A stretch of 64,000 nt of DNA. It comes from the human T2T-CHM13v2.0 reference genome, Homo sapiens. The position numbers and the translations under genes were made by a program. The notes below the pieces were generated by a model. It worked only from the letters and a program-made list of their open reading frames with translations. It was not told where the DNA came from and did not search any database. Of this stretch, positions 32,426 through 44,734 are shown one piece after another. The DNA is taken from the NCBI RefSeq assembly GCF_009914755.1, contig NC_060939.1; one strand, 5' to 3'. Positions within the stretch are counted from its first letter, which is position 1. Every line of letters begins with the position of its first letter.

Positions 32426-34394
32426 GTTTTTATATGTGGCTATCTTTGAAACCCTTTTGTTCAAATTAGTTTTACTATTGACTGTCTAGAGTTTTCCATG
32501 GATATATCATATCATCTACAAATACAATTTTAATGCTTTTTTGCAATTATTATGCTTTTAATTGATTCCTATTACGTATTTAGAAAACAATATATGTAAC
32601 AGATGAAGATGAGGCAATATCAATTATCCAGGAGATTCACACAGAATGGTTTTGAAATCCTGTGGTAAATTCAGTTTGGAATGTTTACTTTAGGCCACTC
32701 CTATGGGTCTTTCAAAGCATACTTCACAGCATCAATAAAATCATTCCACACACAAACTGCCTAGCAAGAACACTAACATAAATGCTCTATACTACTTAAA
32801 TATCAGAATAGGTAGTTCTAACTAAAGTAAACAAAAACTGATCTTGTTTCAGGAAGTTTTATAAGGTTATGACTGGTAGAATTAATCTGAAGATATCAAA
32901 ATAGTTATGGCAAATGACTAAGAGATTCTTTCTGCAAGAAAAAAAAGTTAACATTTTTTGAGATACCATTGGGTAAAAGTGAAATCAATTTCTTTGACTC
33001 TGTTGTAATAGAACTACAATGAAAGGCTAGAAAAAATTGAATTGTATGTATCTCTAAAATTGCTCCAATATTAAATTATTAGTAGCTAAAATACCAAAAA
33101 CTATTTATTGTAAAAAGAAGAGTAACAAATGTATCTAAACTGTTCAAGTAAGATATATGTTAGACAAAAAAGAATATTTCCCTTATTTGTAAACTCATTT
33201 GAGTTTTAATAGAAGAAAATATATTTTTATTAATTAAAAGTGCAACACATATTAAAACTACTGTAAATATAAAGAAATATAAAGAAAACCCTACAGAAGC
33301 ACAAGTGTACAGCATTCTATAGAATCACAAATATAATACATAGAATCCTATTTCCAACAGAGAATATTCTTTTGTTTTCAAGTCATTAGATTCCATTTAT
33401 AATGTTTTACTATGCATTATTACATGACAACAACTCAACACATTCTAAAATACAAGGATAATACACAGGCCACAGTGTTTAAGATAATATAAAAAAGTTT
33501 AAACTAATAATTAAATTATAAACATGAAATTCTTTGCCACTAAAAAGCACTATTTTGAAATATTCTTAGGTAAAAATACAAACCAAAATTGCAACTACAT
33601 GCTGGAAATGTTCCATACCTTGATGTGTATGTTGATTTCATGTATATATGTCTGTGTACATATATTATGTATTGTGTATGCTTATATATATTATATACTA
33701 TGTATCAAGGCACACCCTACAGATTTGTGTAATGTACTGGATGTATATTAGATTTCAATAAAATAATGTTAAAAACAAATAATCATAGAAAAATTTAAAA
33801 ATCAGTAATAAAATGTTTAAAGTGTAGGGAAATAAGATATCTCTATCAGAATTCTTCAAGATTCAAATATTCTCTATAACAACTTGCAAATATTTAAAAT
33901 CAAAATTCCATTTCTGAATATAAAAACACAAAATATCTCATTCATTGTGAAAATGTTTAGATTTCTTGGGAGCCTAGGTGAGAAGATACAGCTAATGCTG
34001 CACTTGTACATCAGCTATTTTCCAGAAAGGATCATGTCTCATGCTTTTGTTGTTTAAAAGCATTGTGCATTACTCCCATCATCTTCCCTGTCTTTAGACT
34101 GTGGGTTTAGTCCTCCAAGAGGCCCAGTGTTTCTCTCTGCCAAACGCCTGAGAGAACGTGCAACCCTGGCACAATTTAGATAATATATTCAATATGTTTA
34201 CTACATATTTCATTGTTCATTTACATTTCAGCACTTATTCATTTCCTTAAGAAGGCAAATATAATTTGTGGCCATTATTGTACATTGTTGTTGAATACTG
34301 CCAAAAAACATATCCATTAATAAGTTTGTTACTAGATAAACAGGTAGTTACTTTGTCTATTAAATGACTTATGAAGAAATCCTTGGTGGGTTAC

Positions 34395-34521
34395 TATATA
34401 GCTATTTAAGGGAATATCTATATATAATATACGTAATATTATATAGCTATTTAAGGGAATATCTATATATAAAATATACATAATATTATATAGATATTTA
34501 AGGGATTATCTATATATAATA
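34395..34521. repeat. AT-rich minisatellite, ~45-47 bp unit, ~2.7 copies
   Basis: Unit tatatagctatttaagggaatatctatatataatatacgtaatat starts at 34395, 34440 and 34487. Confidence 0.9.
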
Positions 34522-35429
34522 GATAAATGATAACAGATATTTAGGGAAGCTGGTTGGGGTTTTTGAATGGCTTGGGAGCACACTGATGTTCCTCTCAATT
34601 AAATTATCAAATGTCAGTTGCCACTATTTGAAAATTTGCTATTTGAAACATTTTTAGGGATTAGAATCATATAATGAAGAAAGCCTGTGGTGAAAAAAAT
34701 TATAGTTAAACATCATGAGATATAAATAAAGGTTTACTCAGGGGAAACTCATAGCCTTGATTCTTTTATTACTAAGCAATAAATATGAAAATAATGTACA
34801 AAACTTTCAGCTCTGTAAGTTAAAAAAGAACAGCAAACAATCATTTAAAAAGACTGAGAGAAAGTAATGACAATACAAGCAAAATTAATGACAAATATTT
34901 TTGTCAAGTAAAAATTGCAAATAAAATAATTGTTTCTTTGGTGGAAAATTAGACAAAATAGTCTAGAGAAAACGGGAATGAAAATTGCTTCAGAATAACG
35001 CAAAAAGCATCAAGTATGCCATATCTTCTTAAAAAAGAGCATTTACAGAATTTTTCCAATTATAATCGTAATTAATATTCAACAATATTATTAAAATATT
35101 AGAATTCTCAAAAAACCATTTTATTGTTTAATCAGAACAACTTTACAAAGTAAACAGATGAAGAAAATGATGTGATTTTTCTAAGATCATAGAGTCACAC
35201 AGCTCTAACTACAAAGTTAAATAAGAAGAAAAAACTACTTATGCTCATTCACCAAAATATTTACATTTATCTTTACAAATATTTGTAGGTAGAAACCATA
35301 CAATCTTTTTCATATTTTAATTGGCTAGCATATGGCCACTTGTAAGTCCTTAAGAAAGGCTCGTGTGACTAAAACTCCCTAAACTTTTTATGTTTAAAAC
35401 AGTTTGTGGTGCACATTTTTGTGTGTCCC

Positions 35430-36520
35430 CCCCACACTGCTCCATCAATGGCACATCCTCCAATTGCTTTTGTTGTATCCCATAAGTTTTGATATGTTGC
35501 TTCCATTTTCATTTTTTCCTCAAGATATTTTGATTTTCCTTTTGATTTCTTTCTTGACCCAATGGGTGTTCAGTTTCTATATATTTATAAATTTTCCTCT
35601 TCCTATTACTGATTTTTAATTTCATGTCATCGTGGTCAGAAGAGATGCTTGATATGATTTTAGCCTTCTTAAAGTGGTTAAGACTTGTTTTGTGGCCCAA
35701 CATATGATCTATCCTGGAAAATGTTTTGTGTGCATGTGAGAAAAATGTGCATTCTGCTGCTTTGGATGGAATGTTCTGTATATGTCTGTTAGGTCCATTT
35801 TGTCTTCAGTGTTGTCAAGTCCTTTGTTTCCCTACTAGTTTTCTCTGTAGAAATCTATCAATTTTTGAAAATAGGGTCTTATAGTCTCCTATTATTATTG
35901 CTTTGTAGTCTACTTCTTCCCTCAGTTCTGTTAATATTTGCTTTATATATTTAGGTGCTCCAACATCTAGTGCATATATATTTACTATTGTTATATCCTC
36001 TTTATGAATTGACTGCTTTATTATTATATGAATAACCTCTTTGTCTCCTTTTTTAAGTTTTTGTTTTAATGTCCATTTTATCTGATAGAAGTAGAGCTTT
36101 TCTCACTCTCTTTTATTATCATTTGCATGGATTATCTGTTTTCCTCTTGTCACTTTCTAAGTGCAACCTCAAAGCTGAAATAAGTCTCTTGTAGGCAGCA
36201 TATAGTTGGGTGTTGTTTTTTAATCCATTCAGCCCCTCTCTATCTTTTGATTGGAGATTGTAATCCATTTAAATTCAATGTAATTGAAACGTAAGGACTT
36301 ACTCCTACCATTTTGTTTTTCGTTTTCTGGTTGTTTTGTAGATCCTTTGCTCATTTATTACTTTCTTGCTGTCTTCCTTTGTGATTTTATTATTTTCTCT
36401 GGCTGTGTAATTTGCTTCCTTTCTGTCTATCTTTCGTGGGTCTACTGTAGGTTTTTACTTTGTAGTTACCATGTGACTTACATAAATCCTATTATAATTA
36501 CAACAGTCTATTTTGATAGC
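35430..36520 (-). mobile_element. L1M/L1MA ORF2 5' fragment
   Basis: Encodes MLGHKTSLNHFKKAKIISSISSDH on the minus strand. Confidence 0.8.
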
Positions 36521-36743
36521 ATAACACACTCACAGGAAGTAATCATTTCCCATGAGAACCATTTCAGGTACATGAGAGCAAGAACTCACTACCTTAAGAT
36601 CAAGAGCAGGTCACCTCTGCAGGTAGAGCCCAAATGATTCAGACACCTCCCAATAAACTCTACTTAAAGTTTCACCTCTCAATATTACCATGCTGAGAAA
36701 TAAGGTTCCACATGAATTTGGCAAGAACACTCATATGATAGCA
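36520..36743 (-). mobile_element. MaLR (MST/MLT1-like) LTR fragment
   Basis: catgagagcaagaactcactac ... cacctctcaatattaccatg ... catgaatttgg ... atagca. Confidence 0.5.
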
Positions 36744-39700
36744 AAACAAAGTAGACTTTAAGCCAAAAACTGTCACAAGGGACAAATAACATTATTTTTT
36801 AATGATAAATGGATCAATTTATCAAGAGGATGTAACAATTAAAAGTATATATGCACCCAACATCAGAGTGCCTAAATAAACCAAAGATTATTTGACATGA
36901 GATGAGAAATGGATAGCAATACAATAATAACAAGAGACTTTAACACTCTGCTTTCAACACTGGATAAATTAAGAAGACAAGATTAATAATGAAATTACTG
37001 GATTGCACTGTGATAACAGACATATACAGACTATTCCATCCAACAGCAGTAGATCACACATTTCTGTCTTATGCAAATGGGACATTCTCTAGGATAGACC
37101 ATATGTTAGGCCACAAAAAAAATTTTAACAAATTCAAGAAGTTTGAAATCATATCTAGTATTGCTTTCAACCACAATGGCCAGAAACTACAAGTTAATAA
37201 TGAGGAATGTGGGAAAATTAAAAAACATCTGGAAATCAATGTAATCCTGGCCAATGGGTCAAAGAAGAAATCAAAAGGGAAGTTAAAGAAAAATCGGAAC
37301 AAAGGAAAATGGAAACATGACATACTAAAACCTGTGGGATGCAGCAAATGGAGTTCTGAGTTGGAAATGTATAGCAACGAATGCCTATATGAAAAAAAAT
37401 CCCAAATAAATAACCTAACATTATGCCTTAAGGAACTAGAATAATAAGAGCAAATTAAAATCAAAGTTAGCAGAAGGAAGGAAATAACAAAAAACAGAAC
37501 AGAAACAAAGCAAATAGAAAATAGAAAAATCATTTAAAAATCAATAAAACTAAGAGTTCATTTTTTGAGGAAATAAAATGGACAAACCTTTAGCTAGACT
37601 AAAAAAAGGGAGAATATTCAAATAAATACAATAAAAAGGAAAGTGGAGACGTTACAAGAGATACCTCTGAAATAAAAATAATTATGAGACTATTATGAAT
37701 AATTATATGCCATCAAATTGAAAAAACCTAAATGGAATGGACAAATACCTAGAAAAATGCAACCTATTAATATTAATCAGGAAGAAATAGGAAGCTGGAA
37801 CATACCAACAACAAATAAAGACATTGAAAAGGTAATTAAAAACCTCCCAACAATGAAGAGCCCAACACCAGATGGCTTTATGGGTGAATTCCACCAAACA
37901 TATAAAGAAGAATTAATATCAACACTCTTTAAACTCTAGAAATAAAACTAGAGAGAATACTCCCAAACACACTTAGTGAGATCAGCATCACCTTCGTACT
38001 GAAACCAGACAGAGATATTACAAGAAAACTACAGGTCAATTTCTCTGATGAACAATGATGTAAAAATCCTTAATAAGATATTAGCAAACCAAATTTAAAA
38101 GCACATGAAAAAGATTATACATCATCACTAAGTAGGCTTTATCCCTAGCATGCAAGGCTGGTTTAATAAATGCAATTCAATCAGTGTGACACATCATACC
38201 AACACAATCAGTTATGATAGCCTCATGATCATATTAATTGATGCAAAAAAAGCATTTGATAAAGTTCAACATTCTTTTGATAAAAACTCTCAACAGTTTA
38301 GATGTAGAAATAAAGTTCCTAAACATAATGAAGGCCATTTATGCAAAACCCATGGCTAACATTATAATCAATTGGAAAAACCAGAACACTTTTCCACTAA
38401 GATCCAGTACAAGACAAGGATACTCTCTCTTTGCATTTCTCTTTAACACAGTGCTGGAAGTACTAGCAAGGGCAATCAGACAAAAAAAAAAAAAAAAAGA
38501 AAAAAGAAAGAAAAAACTTGAAAATGGGAAAGGAAATACATAAAATTATCTGTATTTACAGATGACATAATAGTATCTGTAGAAAATCCTAAAGCATTCA
38601 CAAAAAAGTTAGAACTGATAAGTGATTTCTGCAAAGTTACAGGATACTAAGTCAATATACAATAACCAATTACATTTCTATATATTAACAACAGACTATC
38701 CAAAAAAGATATTTAAAAATTCCATTTAATAAGAGGGTCAAAAATAACTATTTAAGAATAAATTTAACTAAGGAGGTAAAAAGTCTGCAGACTGAACACT
38801 GTAAAACACTGAAGAAAGAAATTGAAGAAGACAACAATAAAGATATCCCATGCTATGTATCAGAAGAATCAATATGGTTAATATGTCCATACTACCCAAA
38901 CCTATATACAATGTCAACACAATCTCTAACAAAATCTTAATGACATTCTTCACAGAAATAGAATAAACAATTCTAAAATTTGTATAGAACCACAAAAGAT
39001 CCTGAGAGGGCAAAGCAATTATGAGGAAAAAAACGTTGTAGGCATTAAACCTCTTGATTTAAAATTATATTAAAAAGCTATAGAAATAATAATTTTTAAA
39101 AACTATGGTATTGGCATGAACACCGACATAAAGATGAGGTATAGAATACAGGGCCCAGAAATAAATGACAAACATATGTGGTGAATTAATTTTTGACAAG
39201 GGCACCAAAAGAACACAATGAGGAAAAGATAGTTTTTTCAATAAATGGTGCTGGGAAAACTGAATTTCTGCATGCAAAAGGATGAAATGGACCCTTATTT
39301 TATGCCACTCAGAAACTCCACAAAAAAAATGGATAGGCTACCTAAATGTAAGACACAAAGTCATAAAACTTCTAAATGAGAACATAGGGCAATAGCTTCT
39401 TGACACTGACATATGTGATGAATATTTGGATATCATACCAATAGCTTGGGCTACAATAGCAAAAATAAGCAAATGGGATGACATCAAACTAAACGTCTTC
39501 TGCACGTCAAAGAAAATAATCAACAAAATGAAATGGCAACCTATGAATTAGGAAAATATATTGACAAATAATATTACTACTATCTATTAATTGTAATATC
39601 TATAATTTATAAAGAATTCATACAACTCAAAGTAGAAAACAACCCAATTAATAAATAAGCCAATGACTTGAATAGACATTCCTTCAAAGAAGACATACAA

Positions 39701-40456
39701 ATATATGAAAAGACACAGAAGTATATGAAAAGGTGCTCAATATTAATTTTTAGGGAAATGCAAATTAAAACCACTATGAATATCACCTCACATAGAATGG
39801 CTATTAAAAAGTCAAGAGATTAAAAAAATTGGTAAGGGTGTGCATAAATGAGAACCCTTGTACACTACTGGTAAGAATGTAGACTGGTGCAGCTATTGAG
39901 GAAAACAGTATGAGAGTTCCTAAAGAAATTTAAAATAGAACTACCATGTGACCCAGCAATCTCACTTTTGGGTATATTACCCAAAGGAAATGAAATCACC
40001 ATATCATAAGGGTATCTGCACTCCCATGTTCATTGCAGCATTCCTCACAATAGCCAAGGTATAGAAACAGCCTAAGTGCTTACTGATTGATGAATGGATA
40101 AAAATATTTTGGTGTATGTGTAAAACAGAATATTATTCAGCATTTTAAAAAAGGAGATCCTGCCATTTGCCCCACAATGTAGAACCTGGAAGGAATAATC
40201 CAGTGAAATAAGCCAGACACATAAATAAAAATATTTCATGATCTCACTGATATTTGGAAAATAAGAAAAATCAAAGATACAGAAATAAAGAATAAAATAT
40301 TGGTTACCGGGACCAGGCAAGGTGGGTGGGGTACAGCATGAATGGGATGATAAAGGTTAGAGGCTATGAAGGAGCAGACATGTAGGATGAACTAGTCTAA
40401 AGATCTAATGTACAACATTAATGTACTAGTTAATAAAACTGTACTGTTAAAAAAAG
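36744..40456 (+). mobile_element. L1MA (MA6/7-like) ORF2 plus 3' UTR
   Basis: Decayed EN/RT peptides (TFSRIDHMLGHKK; KSPTPDGFMGEFHQTYKEEL; LIDAKKAFDKVQH) and an MA-type 3' UTR. Confidence 0.85.
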
Positions 40457-40578
40457 AATCACGGACAGAAAATTTTGAAAGCAATAAGGTAAAGAAAATT
40501 CCTCACATACAAGGGAGTGTGGTGGCTTTCAGTGGATTTTTCAACAAAAACTTTGCAAGCCAGGAGAGAGTTTGATTA

Positions 40579-40718
40579 TGCGGTTGACACTTGAAGAATA
40601 TAAATTGAAGTACTTGGGTTCACTTACATATGGATTTTCATCTGCCTCTACCACCGCCAAGACCAATCCCTGTTTTTCCTCCTTTTCCTCAGCCTACTCA
40701 ACATGAAGATGACAAGGA
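40579..40718. mobile_element. Tigger2/MER28-like DNA transposon end fragment
   Basis: cggttgacacttgaa ... ctcagcctactcaacatgaagatgacaagga. Confidence 0.7.
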
Positions 40719-40989
40719 CAGCTCAGCCAAGCTTCTGATTCCCTGGAACCTGGAGCACTTCATCAGTTTGGCCGCAGAAGGCACAACTGCTCTGGGGGAC
40801 CTAAGCTTAGGGTCCCTGGAAGGTGAAAGCATTGACTCAGCTTTGGCACTGGAGAAGCAGGATGCTCTGGTAGGCTGAGACTTTGGGTCCCCAGGGGGTG
40901 AGGTGCTACTTCACTTTGGGTACCAGGGGGTGCAAATGCTCCAGTGGGTCAAGGCTTCAGGTCCTGCCCTTTCTCTCTCTTCATCTGAA

Positions 40990-42960
40990 AAGGTTGCAAT
41001 GTAAAATTTAACTCTTTTAATGGTTTCCTATAAACCCTGTAGACTTTCTTCATTCTTTTTTCCTTTTGCTCCTCTGACTGGATACTTTCAATTGACCTGT
41101 CTTAGAGTTCACAGATTCTTTCTTCTGCTTGATCAAGTCTGCTGTTGACACTGTCTATTGCATTTTTCATTTCATTCACTGTATTCTTAAACTCCAGAGT
41201 TCTGGTTTTTTAAATTCCTATTTCTTCATTGACCTCATTGTTTTCAAGTATCTTTTTCTATTGTTTAGTTGTCTATCTGTGTTCTCTTTTTAGTTAACTT
41301 AGTTTCCTTAATTATTTTGAATTCTTTATCAGGAAATTGTTGAGTATCCATTTATTTTGGGTCAGTTACTAGAAAATTATTGCATTCTGTTGGCGGTATC
41401 ATGTTTGTTTTCCTTGTTTCTTTTTGCCTTGCATTAATGTCTGCACATTTGATGGTGCAGTCACCTCTTCCAGAATTTACATGCTGGTTTTGGTGGGGAA
41501 AGAGCTTCAACTATGGGTGGGTGTGAAGGCATTGACTAGGTGAGGTGTAGTGTTTCTGGCTTGGTGAGCATGCAACAGCTTACATTCCCCATGCAGCTCT
41601 GTCAGATGAGGTCAGCATCACTGAAAATTGCAGCATCCTCAGTCGCCAAGGCTAGTGGTGTCTGCAATGGCTGTGAGGGTTGTTAGCGTCTTCAGCTACA
41701 AAGGCTGCTGGGATCTTACTAATCTCTTTTTCTCCCATAGTGGAATTCATGCCCACAGATATCCCTAAAAATGCCAGGTTCAGTTTGTGGGCATCTTCGT
41801 GGTGGTAGTAGTGGTGGCATCAGTGTCTGATGTTCAGTGCCCACAAAATGGCCATGGTGCCAGGATTTGGAGTATGAGTACACATGAAGAGTCAGTGGCT
41901 CCAGGGTCTGGGGCAGTAGGGACATTGGTGCCTGTGGTGCAGGTCCCTCTGCAGCAGCATTAATAATGGTTTGTGGGACATGGGAACTTTTGGAGAAACA
42001 AGAAAATGAGGTCTGGAGAGTAAATTCAGGCAGAGCTCAGGAATCTGAGGTGGTGTTGCAGTGGGTCCAGTGTCATGGGTGCAGGTGTTGCCCTAGGATC
42101 TGGGGTCCAGAGCATGGGCATGTGCAAATTTACTGTTGCTCTAGAGTCCACAATGCAGATGCAGATGCTGCAGCAGTGGCTCTGGTGTCCATAGGAGGTG
42201 TTTATGGAGTGGCTGTAGAGCTAGAATTTAAAGTGAAGACATGTGTGGAGTAAAAGTGGCTCCATGGTCCCAGGTGCAGGCTAGCTTGTCGTGAAAATGA
42301 CTTTGGAATATGAAACATGGACATGCATGCTCCTGCAACAAAGCTGAGGCCTAGAATGTGGGTATGCAAAGAGTGTCTGTGGCTCTGGAGTCTGTGGCAT
42401 GCATGGTTTTGGATGTGAGTAGGTCCTGGCCCTGGGTAGCACAACAGTGGCTTCTTATTGAGGATGGAGCACAGCAGTCTCTCTCTCTCTCTCCAGGAGG
42501 TCAAAACAGCAATGGCTGTTGGTTAACCATCTCAGTGGAAGAGCCAGCAGTGTCCTGTGTCCTGAAGACAGAAAGGATGAACACTAAGGGGACATCTGAT
42601 GTGAAAGCTGCAGGGAGTGTGTGGCTGCCTCAGGAACTGTTGAAGTCCTTAGTAGAAAAGGTTGCTAGGATCCTTTGCAGAGCAGGCCACTGGAGACCAG
42701 AGTGGTACCTGCCTCATGACTGATTCTGATATTCCCCATCTTTCTTTGTTCCTAGCTGTATCCAGATGTCTCACATATGCCAATCTCCCCAGAAATCCTT
42801 TCTGTGCAATTATTGGTTTTTGCTGTACTGTTTTGCTGTAGGTTTTAAATTTGACTCTTAACCCCTTCTAGGACTATTTTTGTTCATGGGTAGCTGTCTA
42901 ATTATTTTGTGTGTGTGTGAGAGAGATAAAAGCTGGTATAACCTAATCCACCGTGTTGCT
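40990..42960 (-). mobile_element. Old L1M ORF1 start and 5' UTR
   Basis: Antisense ORF1 (gagttcacagattctttcttctgcttgatcaagtctgctgttg), then a GC-richer UTR ending ccaccgtgttg. Confidence 0.65.
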
Positions 42961-42964
42961 CATA

Positions 42965-43152
42965 TCATTTATCTCTCCCACTTCTTATAAGGACACCAAT
43001 CATATTGGATTAGAGCCCACCCATGTAATGCCATTTAACCTTAATTACTTATTTAAAGATCACACCTCCAAATACAGTCACATTGTGAGGTGTAGTAGAG
43101 ATGAATTTACTTCAGCATATGAATTTTGGGGAAGATACAATTCAGTTCATAA
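42965..43152 (-). mobile_element. MLT1 (A/B/C-like) LTR fragment
   Basis: cttcttataaggacaccaatcatattggattagagcccaccc ... ctccaaatacagtcacattgtgagg. Confidence 0.75.
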
Positions 43153-44087
43153 CATGTCTGTAGAAAATTCTTCTGCCCTTCATCATGTCCTTTTCTTGTA
43201 GTATCTTTGTTTGAATGCAGTGGTCATTTCGTTTTTGTTTCTTATGTTTGAATTAATTTGATTTTTTATATAACTGGCAGGAGATTCTTACCCGTGTGTA
43301 TTCATAGGTGGTTTCTCAGGGTTGTTTTCAAGTCTTTACCTCTCAAAGGCTCCCTCCATAAAGTATAAAACATTTTCTTATAAAAGTGATTTGGTTAGTA
43401 AAAACTGACATTAAGCAGTTTTAAAAATCAAATAACATTTAGATTGAAATATTTACAAGAACTATGTGAAAACAGTTAATAGCTTCTGGTGGTTAATAAT
43501 AATAATCTTATAAAAAATGCTGGGAGGTCATTCTAGGAACATGAAACTATATTTCTATACCTTAGTTTTAAACTCTAGTACTTAAATTTCTTGATAAATG
43601 TTCTAGGATAGAGTTTTGCTTTCCTTTAGCTTTTCAATCCTACCATTTTCACCTACACACACACAGTGATTCACAAACAGGTTTTCCTTGATTAATGTTC
43701 TCTGAGAAATTAAATTATTTCTAGATTTTATCCTAAATAATATTATTCGCTAATTAAATATAAGTAGTATTCTAAAAGCAGTTTAAAACATGTATGGTCC
43801 AAATATAGTACATACATGGTATGACTATTTCTGTGACATTTCAGTTTTCCATAATAATTCCATTGATTATAAGATATTTGGCTCTAAATTTAATAAGTAA
43901 TTAATTATGGTATAATGAAATGTTCAGAAGAAAATAAATAACATTTATTTTAACACATGGGTACTGCTATGGCATGCTTTGTAAGAAAAAGAACTACCAA
44001 TATTTTTGGATGGAATAAATAAAATACTGCAACCCCAAAATTTTAGAAACCAAAACAATGATTAATATTTAAATGATATATTCATAC

Positions 44088-44214
44088 CTGAACACCAAAG
44101 AAAAATGTTATTCCCTAGATCTTCTTTAAATTCATCATTAAAGAGGTAACTCGATTCTGGAAATGCTTCATGGAACGTTGCATATATGGCTTGTGCCAAA
44201 CAATCAGGATATAT
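44088..44214 (-). CDS. FAM227B: Internal coding exon (127 bp, phase 0 to 1), FAM227B-like
   Basis: Minus strand reads ttttggtag|ATATATCCT...TGGTGTTCAG|gtatga. Translates without stops as [42 protein letters not shown](G). Lies in a non-repetitive island and joins in frame to 10629-10766. Gene name is from recollection of the peptide, not a database search. Confidence 0.85.
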
Positions 44215-44734
44215 CTACCAAAATAAAATCAAATTAGATTAATTTTATATTTTTAAATTTTAATATATGTCAGCTGCCAAAGAAATTATTATTTTTTAAA
44301 TTTGCCTTGCAATTTATTAACCGAATAAAAATTCGCCATTTTTTAAATTCTAAAATCACATTTATATAAATTAATGTACGTCACTATGCCTGAAAGCTAA
44401 ATTTGAACTGGAATATGTTTCAGTAAGGAGCAATGCCACCCTCTCCACTCCCTCCAACCACCTGGAAATTAAATTTCTTTGGTTTCCTTATGATTTTAAA
44501 TTTTAGTTTTTAAAACTAGTTTTACATTTATTTAATATTTTTAACTTTTATTTTATATTCAAGGGTACATGTGCAGGTTTCTTATATAGGTAAATTGCAT
44601 GTTAAGAAGGTTTTGTGAACAGATTATTTCTTTTTATAAACATTAGTACAATTTATTGAGAAAGTAAGTCTGAGTCACAGCCAGTGGAGGGAGATGATGA
44701 AATTATTTGGGTTGGATTGTTGTTGTTGTTTTAA

